This document shows positions 55,313 through 64,000 of a stretch of 64,000 bases of DNA, piece after piece. The stretch comes from Octopus vulgaris (taxonomy: Eukaryota): positions 47,120,001 to 47,184,000 of the forward strand of contig OX597825.1 in the NCBI GenBank assembly GCA_951406725.2, given 5' to 3'. Position 1 is the first letter of the stretch. Each line of letters opens with the position of its first letter. The notes beneath the pieces are model-generated. The model saw only the letters and a list, made by a program, of their open reading frames with translations, had not been told where the DNA came from and did not search any database. Made by a program: the position numbers and the translations under genes.

Positions 55313-55364
<52 letters not shown>

Positions 55365-55386
55365 AATATATATATATATATATGTG

Positions 55387-55418
<32 letters not shown>

Positions 55419-56056
55419 AATATATATATATATGGATATTTATATATATATATATAAATATAATACACAGATAAATAAACAAATAAAAATAAGTAACTAT
55501 ATAAGTTTTTTTTAATTTAAAAGATTTTTTAAATTTATTATTATTATTATTGTTGTTATACATACATACATACATACATACAAGCATACGTAATGATAAT
55601 AATAATAAGTGGATGTAAACACATTAACAAATTAAGAATAAACAAAAACAACAAAAACAAATTGCCGAACGTATATAAACACAAGATACAAATATTACAG
55701 GCACCCCCCCCACACACTAACTAAACATAGTCGCATATAGAGATATAAGCATGCGCAAATGAAGACATACAATGGAAATACAAAATGGCTGACGGTTAGT
55801 AATGAGAGACACAAATAAGAAAGAAGAAAACAAAGGACCACTGATGCGGTCACGGGAGTGTGACAAAAGAACTCTGGCTGAAATAAGATTAAGATTAATG
55901 TAAAAAATAAATAACACTGAAGCAAAATAACACCAAATATATAGTGCGTCTGTTTTTATTGGCTAAACTGGCAAAATGACCATTCCGAAATACAACAATA
56001 TCTGTTTCAACACACGAGTTCACATAAAAAATCTTGCACAACAAATATATAAACGC

Positions 56057-56138
<82 letters not shown>

Positions 56139-56929
56139 GTGTGTCTATATGGATATACACACGCACACACAATATATATATCTACGTATTATATATAGCC
56201 TCAGGCCGACCTAAGCCTTGTGGGTGGATTTTGTACACGGAAACTGAAAGAAGGCTGTCGTATATATGTGTGTCTTCGTGTTCGTGTGTCTGTGTCCGTG
56301 TTTGAATCCCCATCATTGCTTGGCAACCGATGTTGCTGTTAACGTTCCCTTAAATTAGCGATTCGTCAAATGACACTGATAGAATAAGTACTAGGCTTAC
56401 AAAAAATAAATCCTGCGGTCAATTTGTTCGATCAACGACGGTGCTCCAGCATGGCCGCAGTCACATGACTGAAACATGTAAAACATGAAAAAAATGCCCT
56501 TGCAAGCCCGGGTATCTCTGCTAGTATATATACTTATGTACATACATACATACATACATACATACATACATGCGTAGAGAGATAGTTCAGGTAAAATTGT
56601 ATATAATGACGTAATGTAAGAAGTATATACAATAAGTCGACTTATCACTTAAAATTCCGACTTGAACTGCGACTAAAACAAAAAGTAGTGGTTTTGTAGC
56701 TAATAAATGGCTATAAGTGGTTTATCATTAAGCTTTCACATGCACAGTAGAAAGAAAAAATTAGCAAGATGAATCTGATGAACCCAACTGAAACCATGAT
56801 AAATTTCTTAGTAATAGCAATAATAACACTTATTATAAAAAAGGATCCTAAACAGAATTTCTCCAACTACAACTCCAAAATACGTGCTAACTGTCAACGG
56901 TAGAAAATTCAATATCGTTTATAAGCAAA

Positions 56930-57200
56930 AGGGGCTGATTGCTACCTAACTCAGATACCAGGAAACCCCAAAATTTCAGAAATTCAAAAGATAGTGCTCA
57001 TGGGAACTGCTGATATCCTACACAAAATACTTTCTATGTAATCACAAACATAATTTTCTTATGGTTTCTTAAGCATTCTCTAAACAACACTATGTACAAA
57101 ACCATATATATGGCACCCTAGGCCAACTTGTTTTCTCTTGAGGTCTCTGGGTGAGACTTGGAACCAACTTGTACAAATGCAAAGCCAAAGTCAAATATAA
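56930..57200 (+). mobile_element. R4/Dong-like 3' end fragment followed by (TAA)n
   Basis: Closely matches 59705-60056 apart from an internal gap. Confidence 0.85.
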
Positions 57201-57266
<66 letters not shown>

Positions 57267-57267
<1 letters not shown>

Positions 57268-57820
57268 CCCTGATGCAGTACCAGGCAGTGGCTCTCATGG
57301 CTTCTGATCTTAACTGATTGGAAGTGTTATCATGTACATTGTTTTGTCTTGGTATAAAAGATGGGCTACAGCAAATATTCTGCTCAATGCCACAGATTTG
57401 CTTGTCAGTTGTTTGACCTTAACCAGTTGAGCATGTCCCTTAGTGGCAGACGATATGTGCATCTCTGATCATGAGCAGAAGTAGTAGGGTAGCATCACAG
57501 CCATGTGTTGAGAGGGATTCTTTGGGGTTTGAATAATTCACCTCTGGAAACATGGGTGGTTCTTTCAACATCCTTAAACAACCCTTATTCAGGGACCTTT
57601 TGAGCGGGATGGGCTACTCAACCTGAAGAAAATTCTAACTGGGCCCCACCTGCAAGGTCATGTGCTGTTTATCTTGATATGAGATGATAATGTCGCGCAC
57701 ATATGGTTGTGATGCATGTGCCTGGTGTGCCCTTATCAGACGGGTAGTCATGATGGGTATACTGGGCTTTGTATATTTTACCCCAGTGTCACTTTGATGG
57801 CATGCACTGCTCTCTCACTC
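57267..57820 (+). mobile_element. Non-autonomous (TAA)n-embedded element (copy 3, longest, ~555 bp)
   Basis: Flanked by (AAT)n on both sides; no long ORF; three copies in the window. Confidence 0.85.
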
Positions 57821-57846
57821 AATAATAATAATAATAATAAATAATA

Positions 57847-60056
57847 AAGGATGTAAACGTGGATCCTACGGCTGTAAAGACCAACTACTCATCAATAAGA
57901 TGATCTTAGAAGATTGTCACAAACGACACAAAAACTTATCAATAGCCTGGATAGACTATAAAAATGCTTTTGATAGCCTACCACATAGCTGGATTAGGAA
58001 ATGCCTGGAAATGTATAAGATAGCACCTATTCTGCGAAACTTCTTGACTGTAAGTATGAGATCATGGAGAACCACACTAACTCTGAACAGTGACAATGAA
58101 TCCCTAAATGCTGGTGATGTAAAAGTTTCGTGTGGCATTTTCCAGGGTGACTCACTGTCACCACTCCTCTTTTGTTTATCCTTAATACCTCTCTCAAAAC
58201 TGCTCAATGACGCGCAGTACGGGTATAAAATGTTTGATAAAAATATAAATCATCTCATTTACATGGATGATTTAACGCTCTTTGCAAAAAATGACCAACA
58301 ACCCAAGGGCTTACTAGCGATAGTCAAACAATTCAGTGACGACATCAGAATGCAATTCGGCCTCGATAAATGTGCAAAGGCTACCTTTATCAAAGGAAAA
58401 ATGACAGAAACATCTAACGTTAACCTTGACCAGCAGAATGTCTAAACTGAACTAGACCCAGCGGAGAGCTACAAGTACCTAGGGGTAATTGAAGGGAACG
58501 GAATAAGGCATTCAGAGATGAAGGAAAGGATCAGGAGAGAATGCTATCGAAGAGTGAGAGCAATACTCAAGACAGAGCTGAATGCAAGAAACAGGATCGA
58601 AGCGATCAATGCATTAGCCATACCAGTCGTGACCTACAGTTTCAATATTGTTAACTGGTCAATTACTGAAATATGTCAGCTCGACAGAAATATAAGGAAA
58701 CTGTTGACAATGCATAGAATGCACCACCCTAAGGCAGATATAGAACGACTCTATCTGCCAAGAAAAGAGGGAGACCGTGGTCTTTTGCAACTGGCAATAA
58801 CAATGAAGTTGCTACAATTGGCCTAGATACCTACCTGAAAAACTCTGAGGACTGGATGTTAAAACTTGTCTCAAAACATGAAAACAAGAAAGCATCATAC
58901 TCAGTCACAAAACAGGCAAAGGAATATCTAAGTGAATTCCGAATACAACCAATTTCGGAATTAGAGATAGACATACAAGAAACAAACACAGAAAAAGCTA
59001 GGCGCATGAAAACCCGTGCCAAAACTGCGGCCTTAGATATTCTGAATAATAAATGGCAAGAAAAACCTCTCTATGGCAAATACCCAAAGAGAGCGAATAA
59101 TGCAGATATCGACAAAGCCCTGACCCATCAATGGCTAATGGCCTCTGGCTTAAAATCTGAAACAGAGGGGTTTATCATAGCAGCTCAAGATCAATGCCTA
59201 CCAACAAGAAACTACCAGGCCAACATATTAAAGAACGGCAGTAGCCCAACATGTCGTGTATGCCGACAACAAAATGAAGCCATTGATCATGTTGTCTCCA
59301 AATGCAGTCTTCTAGCGCCTACAGAGTACCTCAACAGGCATGATAGAGCTGCACAATATATTCACTGGGCAATTTGCAAAAACCTGGATTTGCCCCATAA
59401 AAAAAAACTGGTGGGAACACAATCCACCTCCAGTGCTTGAAAATGACCACATCTCACTCCTCTGGAACCTCACCATTCAAACTGACAGGAAGATAGATGC
59501 AAATAGGCCAGACATCATATTGAAAGACTTCAGACAAAGAACATGCCTCCTCATTAATATGACTGTCCCAATCGATATAAACGTATCTGTCAAGACCTAC
59601 CAAAAACTGAGCGAATATAAAGATCTTGAAATAGAAATCAGCAAAATGTGGAAGCTGAAGACTAAAACAATACCTGTTGTCATAGGTGCCCTGGGAATGA
59701 TAGCGAAAGGGACTGATTGCTACCTAACTCAGATACCAGGAAACCCCAAAAATGGCAGAAATTCAAAAGATAGTGCTCATGGGAACTGCTCATATCCTAC
59801 GCAAAATACTCTCTATGTAATCCCAAGGTTTAAAACAAACTTTTTTTAAATTCATTTATTAATTTTCTTTTTTAAATTTTATTTTTATGTATTAGACATT
59901 CACAAACATAATTTTCTTATGGTTTCTTAAGCATTCTCTAAACAACACTATGTACAAAACCATATATATGGCACCCTAGGCCAACTTGTTTTCTCTTGAG
60001 GTCTCTGGGTGAGACTTGGAGCCAACTTGTACAGACATAAAGCAAAAGTCAAACAG
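57847..60056 (+). mobile_element. 5'-truncated R4/Dong-like RLE non-LTR retrotransposon (RT, CCHC, RLE; frameshifted)
   Basis: [32 protein letters not shown]....C, RHD and RPDII; (AAT)n at both ends. Confidence 0.92.
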
Positions 60057-60122
60057 AATAATAATAATAATAACATCGAAAAATACCTTAGGAATGAGAA
60101 CCCAGGTTCGAAATTTCTCCAA

Positions 60123-60168
60123 GACACCTGATGAAGGCTGGAGGGTATATCAGCCAAAACGTTGCGAT
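60123..60168 (+). ncRNA. Degenerate hammerhead motif (G12A, damaged stem I)
   Basis: gacac-CTGATGA-a-ggctg...cagcc-AAAA-cg-TT-gcgat. Confidence 0.55.
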
Positions 60169-60559
60169 AACAACAAAGATGAGGACAAATATCCGTCAAA
60201 TGTAAATAATGCATATAATGTATTATTTATCAAAGCCGAAAGAATCATCACAAACTGTTACTCTGCCGTCGTCAGAGAGTTGCGATATACTGATTAATAA
60301 ATTATATGAGTAAATATAATATAATGATATAATATAGTCTAAGAGTTCAAACAATAAGCATTTCAATCTGATTGCGTAATTAATTTCAAAAATATATAAT
60401 GGTTTAAGGTGGCTACAAATGAGGTTAGTTTTAGTGGGCAAATCAAAATATCAGTAATTATTCAATCGATAAAACATGTAAAAGTGAGAAAAATAAAAAA
60501 TAAAATAGACTCTGAGCAGATACGGGAATTGCAAATATATTTTTATATATCCAGGCCCG

Positions 60560-62000
60560 CACCCCATTTTTTCAATAGGGGGTAGCCACAACAAAGCACA
60601 CACCGGGAAGTCCATTCATTTCCCAGCTCAAAGAGGCGAGTCTCGTTGTATGCTCGGGTCAAGGCATAGAACGCAGTCCTCAATATCAGCAGCGGGGCCC
60701 GACAGCATATGCTTGTTTACCCCCGCCGCATCATGCTGGTTCTGTACCCCTTTGAGCAACATCAAATTCACTCATCGTCCACAAACACTCCTAGATTTTC
60801 TATCTTTTATAAACTCTCTTGCTTCTCTCATTCCAACCACGAAAGCTTTCCTCACTTCATCCATGCACACAAACCTCTGGTTCTGATGTCTATCACTTCT
60901 GCCTTCATCATCCTCCTTACCATCTGCTCCTCGTCCATCCTCTCCATTTGGCCAAAGCACCTCAATATCCGTCTATCTATTTTGGTTATTAGTTTTTCTC
61001 TCATTCCTGCTCATTTTCACACCTCCTCATTCCTCATCCTGTCCACCCGTGTCACATCAACCATAGCCCTCAAACATCTCATCTCAAACACATCTTGTCG
61101 CCTCCTTTCCGCTTGTTTCAGACCCCAGGTCTCTGCACCATATAACATTCTCCGCACAACCACGCCCTCATACACACCTCTTTTCGCTTTCATACTAAAC
61201 GTTTTATCTCTCAGCAGAGCTTTCACAACTCCAAGCATCTTACTCCCCTCCTTCCTCAGTCAACACTCATCCTCCGTCACCTCTAATCCCAGATACTTAA
61301 AAACACTCACTTTCTCAAACATCTCACCATTTATACTCACATTCATCCTACTAGCCATTCCATCTCTCGAACATCTCATCACCTTACTCTTAGTTGCATT
61401 TACTTTCAGTTTCCTTCTCTCAAGCACTCTTCCAAACTGTACCACCAGTCTGCTCAGTTGCTCTTCCGAATCCGCCACCGGTACTGTATCATCAGCAAAC
61501 AACACCTGACTCACCTGCCATTTCTCTCCATTTTCTCCCACCATTTGGCCTTCCCTACCAAAGGTTCTAGCATTTACCCCTCTCACCACATCATCAATAT
61601 ATAGATTAAACAGCTACGGAGACATCACACAACCCTGTCTTAACCCCACCTTCACATCAAACCACTCACTTACTTTACCACCTACCCTAACGCACACCCG
61701 ACTTTCTCTATAAAAACTCTGTACAGCTCTCAACAATCTACCATCAACTTCCTACACCTGTCACATTGCATCCCTATCCACACTGTCACATGCTTTTTCT
61801 AGGCCCATAAAGGCTCAATACACCTCCCTCTCTTTTGCCAAAAACTTCTCACACATCTGCCTCACTATAAATATTTGATCTGCACACCCACTTCCACTCC
61901 TAAAACTGCACTGCTCCTCCCCTAGTACCCTGTGTCTGGTTCCTCAACCTTACAATCAGAATTCTCCCATAGAGTTTACAAACCACACACAACAATCTTT
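60560..62000 (-). mobile_element. Decayed RTE-clade LINE
   Basis: VGLRQGCVMSP, VLFADDT, FKYLG, MLYGAETW and FEMRCLR. Confidence 0.85.
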
Positions 62001-63011
62001 CTTTAGGCATTCCACTGTACACCCATCTTTACCCGAATATTTGCCCATGCTCACCCGTATAGATAGGCAAATATTTAAAAGGAAGTGCAAAAGGTGTTTG
62101 GTAAAAATAAAAGAAATTGAAAACTAGAATTGAAATTAAAAATTAAGAGTTAAAAAGGTGTAGATGAGATGAAATAAATTAAAATAGAAAAGAAAGAAAA
62201 ACGAAAGAAGTAACGATAATAGCGAAATAGAAATGTGAAATAAAAAAAATGAAAACAGAAAAAGAGGGAGATAAAGAAAGAAATCGAATAAAAAACAAGA
62301 GAGGGAAATAAAATCAGGAGAAAAAAGGAAATATAGAACATAATGGGGGGAAGTGAGACAGAAAGACAGTTTTGCCACATCTGCCCCAAAATTGACTGAA
62401 ATGTATTTCAGTTTTGTCGCGCGTAAATAAATGTCTTTACGATATGTGTACGTTCTCCCTACAACATTACTTATTTAAAAATTTTTTGCACTCCGTCTAT
62501 TTAAATACACTATTTACATTTCTCCCTCTATCGAAAAATGCAGTTTGTGCGGTCGTGCATGCGTACGTATGACTACTACGGACCACATACAGCCGATAAG
62601 CCTTTATTACTAACCTATGAGATTTCAACCACGCTACTGAGCGGTAATGCTTTAGAAAAAGCTATCCTGAAGCAGCTTAAGGTTTTTCACACAAGCTATT
62701 TTCTTCTAGAGCTTTATACACTCAAACGGGGTATTTAAGTTCTGTCTACAAATTGACTTCCTTGTATTTAAATTAGTCGGGCGTAAAAAGTTAGTAAGTT
62801 TGTACAGTTTTGTATATACTTTCATCAATTTCACGTCATTATACACCCATATATTTCAAATTTTCTAAGAAAAACCGGTATTTTTCTCTATTTTTGCAGC
62901 TGTGACATATTTCGAAAATATTTTGTACGTTTTCGTGAATTTTCAAAACAGCTTCAGCGGCGCTGGTTGTTAGACTAGGAAATAAGTGTTCTTAGAATGA
63001 CAAGGCGTTCA

Positions 63012-63042
63012 CACGCCGAGCAACGCCAGGTGCCTCTGCTAG
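63012..63042 (+). mobile_element. Helitron 3' terminus (5' end not located)
   Basis: ccgagcaacgccagg...tgCTAG|T resembles the termini at 20423 and 54794; a similar end lies at ~56496-56524. Confidence 0.55.
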
Positions 63043-63150
63043 TAATTTTATAATTCACCTTTATTTTTACAATTGCAGCGTGGAAGCTGTTTGTAAGTCA
63101 TTTAAGAAACACACAAAAGCCGTTCGATTCACTTCAACATTTAAGTTTAA

Positions 63151-63200
63151 TTTCTCAAAATATTTTCGTCGCTAAAATCCACGACCTGTTCACTGACAAA
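63151..63200 (-). ncRNA. Hammerhead ribozyme motif with compensatory G3-C8 core
   Basis: Minus strand: tttgtca-GTGAACA-g-gtcg...cgac-GAAA-atat-TT-tgagaaa. Confidence 0.7.
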
Positions 63201-63743
63201 AATCCGTGCTGCATCTGAGAAAGTAACAGTTAGTTCGTCATATATATGTACGTGTGTATGTATGTATACACGCATGTATGCATGCATGTATGTATGTACG
63301 TACATACGCCTGTGTATATGTATGTATGTATATATGTATTTAGTACTTCCGTTTATTTCTCTGTTATAGCTTGCTTTTTACTGTATTGCTATTTTCATGT
63401 TTGCATATAACATACATGCTTGACTACACCATGTGAGTATAAACGTATGTATGTGTGTGTGTAAATATGCTTGTGTATATGTGTATGTATGTATGTATGT
63501 TTGTATATATATGTATATATATATATATATATTTGTATATATTTATATATATATATATATGATTCTTTTATTCTTTTATTTGTTTTAGTCATTTGACTGT
63601 GGCCATGCTGGAGCACTGCCTTTAGTAGAACTAATCAACTTCAGGACTTATTCTTTGTAAGCCTAGTACTTATTCTATCGGCCCTTTTGCTGAACCGCTA
63701 AAATTGATTGTCAAATGATGGTGGGGGAATAACACAGACAGAT

Positions 63744-63795
<52 letters not shown>

Positions 63796-64000
63796 CACCG
63801 TGACCGACTAGGCTATCAGATGTTGCTACACATCGCTGGTCACAATGCGCTTCGCATTGTTTTTTAGCCTTCAAATGACGCCACCCCGCTGGCTAAGCGA
63901 GCAGGCCAACAGAAGAAAGAGTGAGAGAAAGTTGTGGCGAAAGAGTACAGCAGGGATCGCCACCACCCTCTGCCGGAGCCTCGTGGAGCTTTAGGTGTTT

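Noticed and set aside
56772-56803. CTGATGA...GAAA spacing like a hammerhead
   Set aside because: Stems I and II do not pair convincingly.
57267-57340. HDV-like ribozyme at the end of the 555-bp element
   Set aside because: A nested double pseudoknot could not be built manually.
60234-60280. CTGACGA on the minus strand near gccGAAA on the plus strand
   Set aside because: The two halves are on opposite strands, so no ribozyme fold is possible.
60709-61509. 266-aa plus-strand ORF
   Set aside because: It is the antisense shadow of the RTE RT on the minus strand.

Overview
This is AT-rich, microsatellite-dense eukaryotic DNA made almost entirely of nested transposable elements. No host protein-coding gene could be supported. 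The SINE families and (TA)/(CA)/(TATC)/(TAA) tracts suggest a coleoid cephalopod such as Octopus (inference, not verified). Contents: one near full-length Tx1-like (L1-clade) LINE with an open 1145-aa ORF2 inserted in a (TATC)n tract, plus three decayed relatives; R4/Dong-like RLE retrotransposons and a ~0.55-kb non-autonomous element, both sitting in (TAA)n tracts; CR1-like and RTE LINE fragments; two mariner elements and one Tc1/maT-like relic; non-autonomous Helitrons; tRNA-derived SINEs; and many Penelope-like element (PLE) fragments with inverted pseudo-LTRs. The most notable hidden signal, read by eye, is a set of at least six type I hammerhead ribozyme motifs plus several decayed ones, mostly next to PLE remnants. 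They include a compensatory G3-C8 core variant, extended stem II forms, and copies paired with their own antisense duplicate. Element boundaries are approximate unless TSDs or termini are quoted.
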